In this document: piece by piece, positions 11,443 through 25,100 of the stretch
Layout of the letters: every line of letters begins with the position of its first letter
Position numbering within the stretch: position 1 is the stretch's first letter
Source of the DNA: Lama glama
Taxonomy: Eukaryota
Length of the DNA stretch: 64,000 bases
Direction of reading: 5' to 3'
Assembly (NCBI GenBank): GCA_028534125.1
Contig: CM052816.1
Location: 10,356,001-10,420,000, forward strand
The notes under the pieces: model-generated
Seen by the model: only the letters and a program-made list of their open reading frames with translations
The model's database searches: none
What the model was told of the DNA's origin: nothing
Translations under genes and position numbers: made by a program

Positions 11443-14391
11443 GTGAGACGGAGGCAGGGCCCAGAGGTGGGGGGAGGGGCTTTGTGTCCCATCCTCCCAA
11501 AGAATTTCACAGCCGCCATCTCTCCTAGATGGATGATCACATGGATTTAATGGACTATAAAAAGGGGTTTCAAAAACCTTTTTGGCTAAAGAAGGATTTT
11601 TTTCAAATGATTTCCCATCATTTTTAGAGTGCTTTTTAAAATAATTGAACATTTTAATATTTCAAATAATGTCTGTATAGTTTTTTTTTAACGACATTAC
11701 TCTTTAAGGCTTACAGTGAGAATCAGCACACCTGTCCCATCCCATGTGTGTCTGGTGTTGCTCCATCAGGGCAAATGTTTACAGCTCTTTTAGCCAATTC
11801 TGTGGTTCAGATAAAATCTTACTTATGCCCCTGATTTTACATATAAATAAATAGCTTCACACACACAGGTGTATATGTATATGTACATGTCTACCTCCCT
11901 GCCTCCCTCCACATTACAGACAGAGTAGCTCTAGTCTGATAGAGGGTTAAGACCCAGGACTCTGTCTTTTCAGCTCCCCCTCCCGTCCCCACAACCAATC
12001 TCCAGGTCACCTTCCCATAGGGAAGCCTTGGGGCTCCTCAGAGCAGGATTTGACCAGCCCTGGGGCTGTGGAATTTGAGTCCTGGTCCTGACCTCTTCAG
12101 TTAGAGGAGATACAGTCATCTGCGCACATGGGATGGAGGAGAGGGTGGGGAAAGGAGGAGGAAGGGGCTCACTTGGTAAGTCCCTGTGGGCCAGGCCAGA
12201 GGAAACAGCTCATGCCCACCTGTGTGCCTGGACCCACCCTAGTCCCCCTGCAGCGCGCTTTCCCTGGGAATCGGTCTCTGAGAGGGAGATTTTCATGCAG
12301 GAGGGTCCCTGGGGATTGCTCAGGCTCACCCCTTGTGGAAAAATGAAGGAGGCAAGACAGGGCAGAGGGAGAAGTTGGGCTGGGATGCAGTTATAACGAA
12401 GGTCCCAGCTAGTCCTCAGCCGGCTGGTCCTTGAAAAGGGTCTGGGCTTTATCTTCACTCTTTCCTCCCAGACCCCAACCTCTACACTAGTCTTTGAATG
12501 TGGGCTAACCCCTGGCAGAGGGTAGGTTTTTGGGCCAGGCGGCTCTCTTCATCCCAAGGCAGTTCTTGGGTGGGACTCCACTGAGACTTTCCAACTGTCA
12601 GCCCTTTAGCAGCTGGGAGAAGGGGTCTTTGGATGGTGGTGATGGGGTTCGGGGTTGGGGACAGGAAGTGGGTGCACACTACACTATCCCTTAGAGAGAG
12701 GCTCACAGGCACTCAATGCATAAGTGCCCCGCCTGACTCCCGGACCCCAGTGAGCCCACTAAGTGGTCGTCTAGCCTAGGTGTGGACCTTTGCAACATGG
12801 GAGGGCCTCCCCATCTCATGAAGCAGCTACCCAGCCCTGCCCGTGAGAACCAACTTCTTTATTTTTGTCTCTTTGTTTTCAAATCTGATGGAAAGTGAAC
12901 AGATAATCCAATCAGTTATAAAAGCCAAAGTGGAGGATTCAAGAATGATGATGGTGATATGAGCATACATTGAAACAAGTTATTCAGAATTCTGAGAAGC
13001 TAGATACTGTGGTGCAGATAGCCCCAGCATGATGTGATCTTGGTTGTCCAATGATTGAGCTCAGATCTTGGGAGTCCCTTATAATTCCAGATGTGGGGTT
13101 ACGGAGGCAGTAGTTGAGTAGAAGCCAGAGAACCCATATCCCCCAGAGTTCAGTGGGGGATATCGGCCAAGTCCATAACCTCCAGAGGAGAGCGAACTTC
13201 ATTCTACTGGGTCTACCTCCGTGAAGCCACCCAAGCCGCTCCCTTGTGCTCTGGGCACCTGCACAGCATGTGCTCAACCCCTCTCTGAGCAGCTGCATGT
13301 TCCCAAAGTCAGCTGTCCTTTAGTCTACATATCCCTGCGGCCTTCTGCTGTTCGTTCATGACAATGCTCTCAGTCCCTGCACCATCTTTGACTCTGTGTG
13401 TGATCATTTTAAAGGCAGGCCATGTGGATTCAAATTCCACACTCCCATTTTGGTCTAAGAGAGAAGAGAATGAAACTCAGATGTCCCATATATCAGCTCT
13501 TCATTTCCATTCATGTGGCTTAGCTTCTGGATCCCAAGAAATGCTGATGAAATACAGTTACTGGTCACAGTTGTGGGGGAGATACAGGTAGAGTCATCAT
13601 CCCACCTTAATCATTAGCATCTGCAAATTTGATGAGCTTTGCCTCTGTGCCTGTACCTGAGTCACTGAGAGAGGAGAAGGAAGGCTCAGTGGCCGACTTC
13701 CCTGGAGCCTTACAGTGAGCCGTCCTGTGCTGTCAGGCTCCTCTGGTGGCGTGTGCTCCTGGCCCCACCCCTGGTGGAAGTTATGTACTGAACTTACCAC
13801 TGCCTTGGGTGATCTTGCAGCATTTGTGTAATAGCCTGTGAGCCCCTTTAGGGGAAGCACCCTGTTCCGTGTGACCATAAGCTCTGGTCACACCAGGCCT
13901 GGCATAGAGCATGTGCTCGGGTGATGTTGCTGGCAGGCTCCTCGGTCCCAGGGCAAGTGCACAGCCACAGCTGGAGCCAGTGAGTCAGACCCACTGAATG
14001 AGGACACTCATTTTGAGGCTGCCAATTCTGATCTGTGCTGAGGAGCCCGAGGATGTAGCTCCCATGGGAGGGTATCCTTGCCAGCACTTAGAACCTCATC
14101 TCAGACTGCTACCCCTCCCACCCGCTATGCTCCAGCCACTCAGGTGGTTTTTCCATTTGGTTATGTTTAGTTGGTTTTGTTGATTTCCTCTGCTGGGAAC
14201 ACTGCCATCCACGCCACTCCTCTGCATCCCCCAGCCTCTTTCCTCCCTCCACCCTGGCCCCTCAGCAAGCTTCCTTGATCCTTAAGGTAGAAGCTCATCT
14301 GTTTAGAGAAGCCTTTACCTGCCACCTCCATTATCACTCTATCAACACCACACTTCATTTATTTTATATCACTTCTTTCCTTAAAATAACC

Positions 14392-14655
14392 TTTTTTCCA
14401 GTTTTATTGAGATATAACTGACATACAGCAGTGTGGAAGTTGGAGGTGTGCAGCATGATGATTTGACTTACATACATCATGGAATGATTACTGCATGAGT
14501 TCAGGGAACGTCTGTCATCTCACATAGATACATTAAGTAGAAAAAATATTTTCTTCCTTGTGATGAGAACTGTGAGAATTTACACGCTTAACAACTTTCA
14601 TATGTAAGGCACAGCAATTTTAATTATCTTTATCATATTGTAACTTACGTCCCTA
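14392..14655 (-). mobile_element. Older L1 3'-end fragment
   Basis: ttttattgagatataactgacatacagc... typical antisense L1 3' terminus. Confidence 0.65.
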
Positions 14656-14783
14656 GGAAAAAGAACATAATCGTTGTTTTCTGTTTCCCACCACACACAC
14701 TTAATTCCATGACACATCTGTGCTGCCTAGAGCAGACCCTTGACTGTTAAAGGAGTAAACAGTGCCGCCTTTCTCTGCCGCAG

Positions 14784-14946
14784 ATGGCAGACCTGCACGC
14801 GGTGCCCAGGGGCATGTATGACGGGCCGGTGTTCGACCTGACCACCACGCCCAAGGGGGGCACCCCCGCCGGCTCCACCCGGGGCTCTCCCACACGGCCC
14901 ACCCCGCCCGTGAGGAACCTCCATCAGTCGGGCTTTAGCCTGTCAG
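14784..14946 (+). CDS. DPYSL3: DPYSL3 exon with the C-terminal phospho-cluster ([55 protein letters not shown])
   Basis: ccgcag| ... CAG|gtgagt, 163 nt, phase 0-1. Confidence 0.96.
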
Positions 14947-16351
14947 GTGAGTCGGACAAGCTGATGGTGACCTTAGTGAAAAGGAGGGGACAAGGAGGGA
15001 GGGGGAAGATCAGACGCTGCAGGCTGGTGGGGATCCCGGGAGATAACTGGGGCCACAAGCAGGAAGGTTTACAGAACCAAGGAGGAGCCCTGGTGAGAAA
15101 GTAAGCCAAGGTTCAGGTAGGTTAAAGATCAGGTTTAAATGCTGGTCAGTTCTGCTTAGAGATCAAACCAAACCTGGCAGAGGTAGGGTAGAGGTGGAGG
15201 GCGGGGTGGGGTGGGGTGGGGCAGGATGGGATGGTGTCCCTGTAAATCTAGCATGATTTTCTACATTAGACTGAGAGCTGTGCAGTATGTTGTGTTTCCT
15301 TTGCCCAGGTTAATAGCTCAGGTTATTTTTATGTTCAAATTGCAGTAGCTTCTTCTAGCCTAGGGTTTTAATTATATTCTCCCCTTCCTTGTTGTAATAA
15401 TAATGCTAGCAGTATCTCCCATTGATGAACATTTACTGCGGGTTCACTGTATCATTAATGTTGTCTTTAAGAACTATCTGATGTGAATAGAAAATATTCA
15501 GTTGCTTCACAACCAGTCATCTTAAAACGGGGGGGAAAAGTGTAGGTTTGCATCTCTATGATCAAAATTTCAAAGTGAGGGAAACCAGTTGACAACAAGA
15601 GGAAGAGCTATGTAAAGGGGCAAAAACGGTGTTTGGGGGAGGGAAGAGAAGTAAGAAATGGGAGAAATAGGGAAGTAGGGAGGAAAAGACGTTATGGGGG
15701 ACACAGTGGAGTGAGACAAAGGAAAAGTGCTAGAAGTTGAGGTGACGTCAGAGATCACGTAAGCCAGTTGCCAGAAATTTTTCAGTGTTGTTGCCTTTTG
15801 TCATTGCTCCCTGGCTACCCTAAACTTTGTTTTTTGGCTCCTTTCTGAAAGGACGTGAGCACATAGCAGTGGTTCCTTTTAGCTGTGGCCCCAGGCTGAC
15901 GGTCATCACTCCAGTTTGTGAGACCCTGGGCAAGTTGCCAGACCTCCCACAGCCTCAGTCACCTGCTCTGCAAAATGGGGTAACACCAGTCCCTCCCGCA
16001 GAGCATGCTGATGAGGACTGAATGAGGTGATCTGAGAAGCACTTAAAACATTGCTCGTCACCATGAATGTGAGCTGCTGTTTTTCATAGCGTTACTCTTT
16101 TTCTTATTATCATTGTGATGATGCCGAGAGTCCAGTGAAATCCAGCAAGAACCTGACTTTTCCTGGCAGAGTGTTGTTTTCAGGAGGGTGGGTATGGAAA
16201 ATCTGGAATACTGGGCAGACTGGAATGGGAGTTTCTTGGGAGATGAGCAAGGCACTTAATATCTCACACTCTTCAAATTAATCCAGTTTCTCTCTTGTCC
16301 ACCCCACCCCCTCCTTTTTTTTTCTCCCTGGGAACTAACTGCCACCTGCAG

Positions 16352-16440
16352 GCACCCAAGTGGATGAAGGGGTCCGCTCGGCCAGCAAGCGCATCGTGGC
16401 GCCCCCCGGAGGCCGTTCAAACATCACATCCCTGAGTTAA
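16352..16440 (+). CDS. DPYSL3: DPYSL3 last coding exon (TQVDEGVRSASKRIVAPPGGRSNITSLS*)
   Basis: ctgcag| acceptor; TAA at 16438-16440; CRMP4 C-terminus NITSLS; absent from the ORF track, read by hand. Confidence 0.96.
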
Positions 16441-19400
16441 GCGACCCCCCTCCCCAAAGAGAGGGGCAGAAGGAAGAAGAGATTCTTTTGAAGCCAAAAT
16501 GGTACACCAATATTTAAGAAGGAAAGCGAATCCAAACAGTTTCGACCTAAAGAATCAACAAGCCTCAAGCCTTATGTTTCTCCAATGTTACGCTCGCTTG
16601 CCTAGCTTTACGAATATTGCTTTGTTTTCTGTTTATGCATAGCCTTGATTTGTTTGCCGCCCCTCCTCCCATTTACAATGCATGCAATCAGACAGGCCAC
16701 TAAGGTAAAAGAGTCTGCTATATAGTGTTGAGAGCGTGTGTAGTGCTGCATCTTACGACAAGGGGACCGACGAAGCTGGGACGTCAGGAAAATGAACAAA
16801 GGGGATGCCGGTCATTTGGGGTGCGCGGGTGGTGGGAGCCGAGAACCAGGCGGAGCTCGGAGGGGCTAGGGTAGGGTGCGTGCGGGGGAGGCGGGTGGGT
16901 GAGCATAGGGGTCTCGTGTATTGTGTTGATGAAGTGCGTGTATTTCCACGGAAGATGGCCCCTCGGGGCAGCCGTCACGCCATCACGGTTCCCCCGGGGT
17001 CTGCGGAGAAGACGGGAGACCCTCGGGTTCCAGAATTCATCACGTCCCCTCCTAGTAGGTTTTATTCCGTGGAACATTTTATTAAAACACCAAAACCCAA
17101 TCATTGCTTCCACCTGCTTGGTCTGCCGGTGGTGTTTGGTCGGGCCTCTTTTTCAGTGTTGCTTTCAAATACTTCTCTTTTCTTGGGTTGGGAAGGAAGA
17201 GGAGAGAGAGAAAGAACTTCCTCTTGCGCCTGCCATCCCTGCCTCTTCGGTGCTCTTAAAAGGCAGCAGCTGGGAGCACAGCGCGGGCCCTGGGGGAGGG
17301 GGAGGGCAGCCGCGCTTAAATGACGCCTCCCACCAAACGCGTGCTGGAGACCACCCTCACCTCGCCCTGCAAACCGAGACAGGCAGGCGCACTTGGTGTC
17401 ACCGAGTTGGGGCTGGAGCTGAGAAAGGCTTCTCTTGCCATTGGTGAGTGATTCTCTCGATTTCCCAAGACCCAGGCGCCTCCATGATGAAATAGGATTT
17501 GTTGTTGTTCTTACTGTTGAAAATTTGTTTTCTCGCGTGTTCCCTAACTTTTATTACTAATAGGGAACCTCAGTTTATACGGGAGTCCAGCAGGGATGTG
17601 GGAAGGCCAGTCTGGAGCAGAGGGAGTACGTTCTGTGGCCGTGGTTCTGTTTCTCAATTCTGAACATGTTTCCCCTTCCCTTAGCATATCCTTTGGGAGA
17701 ACTTTTTGTTTCAGTACCAGAATCTCCCCAAACCTCCAGGTGAGTGGAAGGGACGGGCAGCCTTCCCGACATGATGTGTAAAGGGCTTCAGCTTAAAGCG
17801 TTAGCATCCATCTTGTCTGTCAGGCCTGAATGTCCAATTCCGTGTACTACCACTTCTGAAAAGGCAGTTTTGGAGCAAGTTCTGTGAGCCTGGTGAGGAT
17901 CTGTAGAGCCAGACGCCCATATGCAGGAAAAACATATTCAACCTGGGATCATACTTCTGAGCTCAGGGGATCCAGCTGGTGGATCCTGTAACCCTGTGTA
18001 CTAAGTACTTTCAAGAAAAAAACAAGCCTGAAACACCTTTCAAGTGCTAAGGAGAAGCTGCTACCTCTGCAGGTTTTAGTAAGTTGAAGATCAGAGAAAA
18101 GGGAACACGTAGCTAGAAAGGAATTTGGGAATAGCCAGAATTTCCCTAGGAAGCTAATTTCTGTTCTAATCATGAAAATGATGATTTCCCCTCATAAAAG
18201 GAGTCTTGCTATTTTTAAGGCTTTTTCATGGTGCCTTTATTTTAAGGGGAACTTAAGTGAAGGGGAGGATGTTACTCTTGATTTATAAATGAAAGATCTG
18301 GGGGCCTATGAGTGACAGTTTTGCAGGCAGAGGGAGCTACCCAGATCCAAAGCACGTGTATATGTACCTCACTGGCTGGGCTGTGCTTCAGAATATGTTG
18401 CAGTACCAGCCATAACCACCAGAGGGAGGAGAAGGCACGTAAAGTACTCTTGTCCGAGCCCCCATCATCGCGTGTCGTCTGCTGCTCTTACCCAGCCCCC
18501 GAGTCCAGCTCATCTTCCCGTGACCTCTCTGCGCCGTGAAAATAAATGGGCCGCGCTTCACGACCACATTGGTTGCCCTTGGGACTTCTGAATGACACAT
18601 TCAGCCAGAACTTTATATTCTACATGTTTTCCATGCTGTAGGGACAACCCCTACATGCCTTCATGATGGGCAACGTTACCCAGGAAGTCTCCCTTTCTTC
18701 GCTTACTGTTAGGAACTTTCTAAGCATGGAAGTTCCTGAGAATTTCAAGAAAACTCCCCCTATTTTCTTGACTGTGATTTCTGGTTCCTTGTTACTTAAG
18801 TTAAAGTTTATATTCCAATGTGCCCTGTTCCGTGAGACCCATCAGAGAGCCCTAGACAAAGGGTTTAGGAAGAGACCGTGACGGCGAGTCACACACAGCC
18901 CTGTTGGAATTCCCTGGCATCTCCCCCGGCGGTAGGGGGGCGTGCCGCATCTTCCGTCAGCCCCGAGCTTCCTTCTGTCTCATCTCTTGGCCTGGCCCCT
19001 CTCTGAATGCCCTGCCTTCCCCCCAACCTTCTCACGTCGTTCCAACCCCAGCTGGCAGTCACCTGGGAGGGCCACCGTCTTGGGTAGCTGAGAAGGTATT
19101 AGTTGAACTGTTCTATCAGCCACCCCACTTGAGATACTTCTAAGTTTTCTAGAGATGGCGGGATTGTAGTTATCCCCAAAATGGGTTTCCTCAAAGTCCA
19201 ATCAGCCTATGGCCTTTTTCCTCATGACTCCACCCACAGAGTCATGCTCTGCTCCAAGGCCTCAGTCCCAAGCCTGGACTTGGTTCACCCTGAGGAAGCC
19301 CTTCCCAGCAGCTTCCTGCCACAAGCTTCCCAGGCCGTTCCCCTGGAGAACTCCAGCTCGAGTCCCCACGTCCACCTGGGCTGTCCTGGGCAGCCAGCAT

Positions 19401-19650
19401 TCCTTGTAAGTTCCCTGCTTGGAGATGGTGTGTGGGTGTTCAGTCCTGTGTCTGGTGAATATGGACAGACGGTAATCTCCCCGTGATCTGTGGTAGCTGT
19501 GAGGCGGCTCTGAAGTGTGAAGAGCTCTTTGGTTTGAACCGTGAAAAAAACCTGTGTCTTGAGTTTAGCTGAGATTAAGAAGAAAAAAAAAATTCATCAA
19601 GTGACTGTTACTGTAAACCTGGTTATTAAAATAACTATGAAACTGCAGCT
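16441..19650 (+). other. DPYSL3: DPYSL3 3' UTR (~3.2 kb; end approximate)
   Basis: Follows the stop codon, repeat-poor, ends at ATTAAA 19625-19630 with a GT-rich tract at ~19670-19690. Confidence 0.75.
19625..19630 (+). terminator. Probable DPYSL3 polyadenylation signal ATTAAA
   Basis: ggttATTAAAataactatgaaac followed by ccttccgtgtgtgacgtgcccttct. Confidence 0.7.
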
Positions 19651-22149
19651 GTCGTCCTCAAGCCTCCTTCCGTGTGTGACGTGCCCTTCTTCCTAAACTG
19701 TGACAGTTGCACGACAGGACTGACGGGGTTAGTAAGAGGGGCGGCTCTGATGCAAACAGTTACGCTCAGAAAATCTGGGGACTTTCTGTCTTTTCAGTTC
19801 AGCTTGAGTTTTGGCCTCAGAGTTAGATGACCATTTTTGAAACTGTGGGAAATAACTAAATTATTTTTAATGAGTCATCAAGTTTAGTACTGATGTAAAA
19901 AATGATTGCCATTTGGGATAAATCTAGTTGAGTACAGAACAGATCCTGAAGTCTTTGTTTGTTTTTGGTCATCTCCTTAAAGTGCTTTCTGCTTCTTCCT
20001 AAAAGCCTGGACTTTGGGAAAATTCAAACTAAGCATGTTCCAAAGTATATTCTTTAGCAGACTGTTTCCAAGCGGTCTAATGAGTGTGGAAAAGGATTAT
20101 TTACTATGTCTGCTCCTCTGAGAGATTTAAAGTACATATTCTCAAGTTAAAGGATCTGTTTTGTAAGTCTTTCAATATTTGTCTAGCTCACAGTTCTCAA
20201 GCTTTTTTTGACTACTGAACCCTTCTGTATCATCTTTTAAACTTTCCACTAGACCTGTTAAGACTAAACCCTTTTGGGGTTAACACTCCTGGATCCAGTT
20301 ACAGTTGATGTGGGACATTTTTCTTTGCAAATGTTAGACTCGTGTAGGCAAAGACAGTTTTTTGGAAAGGGTTTTTTAAAGTCTGGTGTTTTAAAGTCTG
20401 GTGTAACTGAGAACTTGAGGGATAGATTTGGGTAGACTTAAGCATAGCTGGATGGAGAACATTGTTTCTTTCCATCTCTGAGCCCTGCTTGCCTTTAGTA
20501 AGTGCCTCGTTCTTGGGAAGGCTCTTTCCAGGTAGGAGCAAAACTGGCCGTCAGCATCTCCAGGCTTGCATTTTACCTACTTAGCAACTTCAGGGGGAGA
20601 GAGGCTCCCTCAGCAGTGCCAGCCAGGGAGGCTGATTCTGATTGGTCCAGCTTGGTCACATGCTCACCACTGTCCTCGTCGCTGTGGCCCTGGAGATGGG
20701 GCTAATTGGCCACACCTGGACACGTGCCCCACCCCTGAGCCACTGAACCACGTGGACTCTTAATGCAAATTAAGTCAATCTGTGATCCCAGCAGAAGAGG
20801 ACGTGGATGGTGGGCAGGCGAAAAGAGCAGGTGGCCACGGCTCCAATCGCAAGCCTGCAGGGCACGAGTGCTTTGCTCAGCCAAATATCTGCATATAGTT
20901 TGGGGCAGGCGGAGAAGGGGAGCGGGGGTGGTCATTTCTGACAAATTGTTTTTCTGTGTGAACTCCCCTTGGTTTGGCAGCACAATGCTGTCAGTACAGG
21001 AGCACAGAAACCACCTCAGATGCTGCTCTGAGCATATAAAGAATTATTTCAGTTTGACACCAGTTTTGGTGATTAATAAGCTTTGGCCTGTGGTCTCATT
21101 TTGTGACTCAAACTTAGAATGGATGAAACACCTCTCCCTGCTCGTGACCAGGGTGGCAGCTGAGCCCTGCTTAGGATTAGCGTGGTGTAAAGGGCATGGT
21201 CAGTGCTTAACAAGAGCTCAGCCTGCAGGGCTCTCAAGGAGATGAAGCAGTTTTTAAGTTGGTGAAACTCACACGTTGACTTTCACACTTCTGCGGACTG
21301 GAGGTATTCAGGGCTGAGTCACGGCAACCGGTGGGGAATGAGAACACGGAATAGGAACAACAAGGTCTGTCTGGTTTCAAAGAGCTTTTTGGATCAACAT
21401 TGCTACCATCAAGCTATCACTCGGGGAACACCAACCGTGAGCAGGAAATGGGATGACAGGGCCAAAGCAACCTGCAGAAACGAGATCACATCCTTAGGGC
21501 TGACATTCCTCAGAACGGAAAGAGGTCTAGAGGGCGCTGAGAACGTGACAGGACACTTAACGTGACCTGGACAACAAAACACTCAGCATGCAGGACTTCA
21601 GAGCCCCCAAGACTCACAAGTACCTATCACCAGAGTCAGCTGGCCTGCTGGCTGCTAAGCTACTGTGGGTCCGAGAGGTGGTGAGGTGGTTGGAAGTTCC
21701 CTCGATTCTCCCCTAAAGAAGTTGCTTCTGGCTGCGAGAGTACAGAGCTGTCGTTACCCTCCTGTCCCAGGATATGGGCCTTGGGACACCCACCTGCTGC
21801 TTGTGTGTGTGGGACAGGACCAAGACGTTGAGGGCTAGGAAAGCAGAGTGCTGCAAAATAGGTGCGTGGACTGCCGTGGCCTTCAGGTCACGGTGAGAGG
21901 GCAGATCCAGGATTCTGGGCTGTGCTTCCTGAGGTGTGAATACTAGAGGGGTCAGGATTTCAGTTTTCTTAGTTGTTTCAGCTGGACTGTGATGCACTGT
22001 GTTCTTCTAGAACATTTGACACCAGCTTGTCTCTGGTCTAGGAGAGTCTTCACAGCAGGAAGTGGTGACTTTGGGAACCCATAACCCTACCCCTAGGGGA
22101 CACGATTACACACACACACACACAAAGCTGACAAAGAAGGGTCAGTGGC

Positions 22150-25100
22150 TTACTGTGTACAGAAGACGCTTTAATACACGCAGGTGCAATGACAGCTCAG
22201 CAGAAGCACGTATTTCCCATCCAAGGGCTGCCCGTTCACAACAGCACACATAACTGGAGTTTGGGTTTTTCACATCACTGTTTTCTTTGTATGACACACT
22301 GAGATTGTAAGAAACAGGAATCACAGGCAGACAGAGTTTCTAGGAAACGGGGATTTGTGTCGACAGAATGCAAACACCAAAACAACTCAACTGTGTTCTT
22401 CGTGCTTTTCATTCAGCCTTTGAAGCATTAAAGCCGTCGCATTACTGCATCAGCCAAAAGCAGCAACACTAGTCCCTGTGAGCTCTGTGACCCCCTTTCT
22501 CCCTGTGTTAAATATTCATCCGTACAGTCTAGAAAAACCATGATGATAGTCTAGTTGTTTCTGTCCCATCAGAAGCAGCCTAACCACTCAGTAGTTAAAT
22601 TACTCTAATTAACTGAGCAATGCTCTGCGCAGTTTGACATTGATTTCCTGCCCCAGCAATGCCCTCGGCTAAAACCAGTGCTGCCATCTGGGCTGGAGGC
22701 CATTAGCAGAGTATTACCTTCCATGGAGTTTGGGTCATGGTCAGGGTCCCGGGGCCGCCCCACCACCCATTTGCAGTCCCTGTGAACGCGCGGGGGTGGG
22801 CGGCCCCACTGCAGCGCCAGAGCATTTGAACCAGGAAGCTCCTGGTCTTCAAAACCTGCTCAGACTTTTCAGATGCTCCACACAGGTAAAGGAGGGAGCT
22901 GTGAGGAGAGAGAGTTTCCAGAAATACCAGACAAAAGGATGTAAGAACCACCCTATTTTCTAAAATTCTTAGCCCCGAGCCTTGGTTGTCACAAGCCTTG
23001 GTGAGTTATGTTCCACCAAGCAGGGTAGTAAACTTTAGCCCAAGTCACAGCATTAACCAAAGGATCTGATTTCGACGACTAGCAATCACAGTAAGGATTT
23101 AGGGATCCTTTTATTTTTTAGAAAACTTTTTTGTCCTGATGCCCAAAATGTCCAGTGGTGGGAGGTGCTTAGAATCAGCTGTTCTCCACCAACGGCTGTA
23201 ATGCTGCGGCTTTTCTAACCTGAAACACATTGTGAGTCTGTGGTCTGATTAGGACTGGAAATCAGTCTTCTCTCTGAGGCTGTGCTCTGTCAGTGCACCC
23301 ATGGTTCCTGAAAACCCGTAAAGGTGCCTTAGACACAGAAGCAGGTCATTGGAAGTAGAAACTAGGGATTCAACTTATAGAGGCTGTATTGGGTTCCTAT
23401 CCCATTATAAACTCTGTAGATGTGGAACAGAGCAGAGGATTAACTCCCATCCCAATGGAGATCCTACCAATCCCGTTGCACTTGGGTGTTTCCTAAAGTC
23501 TCTCCTTTGGGATGATACATACAAGGTCATAGCAAGAGGAGGAGCCAGATGGCTGGAGCGATGAGTCAACAGCACATCAGAGTTTGAATTGAAACAAATG
23601 AAAGACGGAAGTTGGTAAACACGTAAGTGGCTGCTGACACTCCTGGTTACCAGCCTGGAGGAGGATCTGGTCACCTCCTTATAGCTCTTCTCAACCCATC
23701 CCTCCACTTTGGGAAATTGAGTCAGAGTATATACTGTTTGGAGGAAAATCAGCACAGACAAATAATGCAGGAGATATGTAGAGAAAAGGAATTAAACAAC
23801 ACAAGAGCTGCTGTTTACTTCTTAACAAAAATACGGTTACTCTTAAACAGGCACTGTTTCACAGCTCATCAAGGCCAGAAGCTCTGGGCCTATGAGTTGA
23901 GCGAGGAGAAAACCATAAATGCTGAGTTAAAGTTCCGCACTGGCTTTCTCCCCCTTTTTGGTTGCCCCACTGCAACCTCCCTTCTGGGAAAGTCCTTTGT
24001 AGCTGGCGGCCGTTTCTGTTACTTCTGCCCATTTCCACCTGGCTGGTTTCCCAACTGGGTGCCAGTCTGGTCTCCCGCGTTGCCAGCTGACTGCCATCTC
24101 GGTGAGGCCCGTCCTCTGCATAAGTAAGGATGAGGTGCGGTGATCTGAGTGGCCAAGAGTCAGCCCCTCATTCTCCCCGTTCATTCTGGACCACTCGGCA
24201 GCGCCTGCAGGTTGCCAAGAAGAGTTTCTCTGCAAAGATCTGGGCATCAGGGGAGTGGAGTGAACATGCCTCACTTGGGTGAACTGAACTTTGTGTTCAG
24301 CAAATACATAAATAAAACAGAAAGAAAAAGAGTGAAATATCAAGCAGATTTTAAATAAGCAATCCTGCCCGCCACTCTCATCGTAAGTGCAAGTCAGTAC
24401 TGCTGCTCCCTTAGTCAGCCTCCGTGACCTTGGACCTCTCAGAGGTGTGCGGACCCTGTGGTTCCAGGTGTGGGTCCAGTCTCTGTAAGTGTGTACAATC
24501 TCTTCATCATTTTAGTTCACCTGGAGTCAGCCAAAAATGAGACCAAACATTAAAGACAAAACGAACCCCCCAAAATGACCCATTTCATTAGCAAAGGGTC
24601 TCGTGATACTGGGCTTCTTTCAGAAAAGATACTCACTTTATGTTATGTATAATTAAAAGGATTTTTCAAGGGTAAATTTTACTATCATCCCGAATTCCCC
24701 TCATGCTCGAACTTCGGCTGTAACTCCCACATAAGGTACACCCTCGGTGTACTACAGGGCGGCTGTGTTTTCAACGTGGCGATATTCTTTTCTGATGCTC
24801 TCCAGACACAGGTCTCTGACAGTCTTAAGGGGACAACTAGCTCTCAAGGAACATGCTTCTAGAAGAAGGCAAATAGTGTGCTAATAAATATTCCACAACT
24901 GGCTTGCTCAGAAGGGGAAAGAAAAAAGGCCCTGATTTGTAGCATGTCAGTTTCCGTGGTATAAGTACTTCCGCCGTCACCAATTTCAGCCTCCCCACTT
25001 CACATCCCTGTGCAGGGAATTGGAACAGATGTGCACGGCCGGCTCTTTATGAGCTGATACAAGCTGCTGTGGTGTCCTGACCCCAGCACACTACCGGAAG

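Noticed and set aside
16784..17447. Overlapping 109-182 aa ORFs
   Set aside because: Inside the GC-rich part of the DPYSL3 3' UTR, where stops are rare; no recognisable domain.
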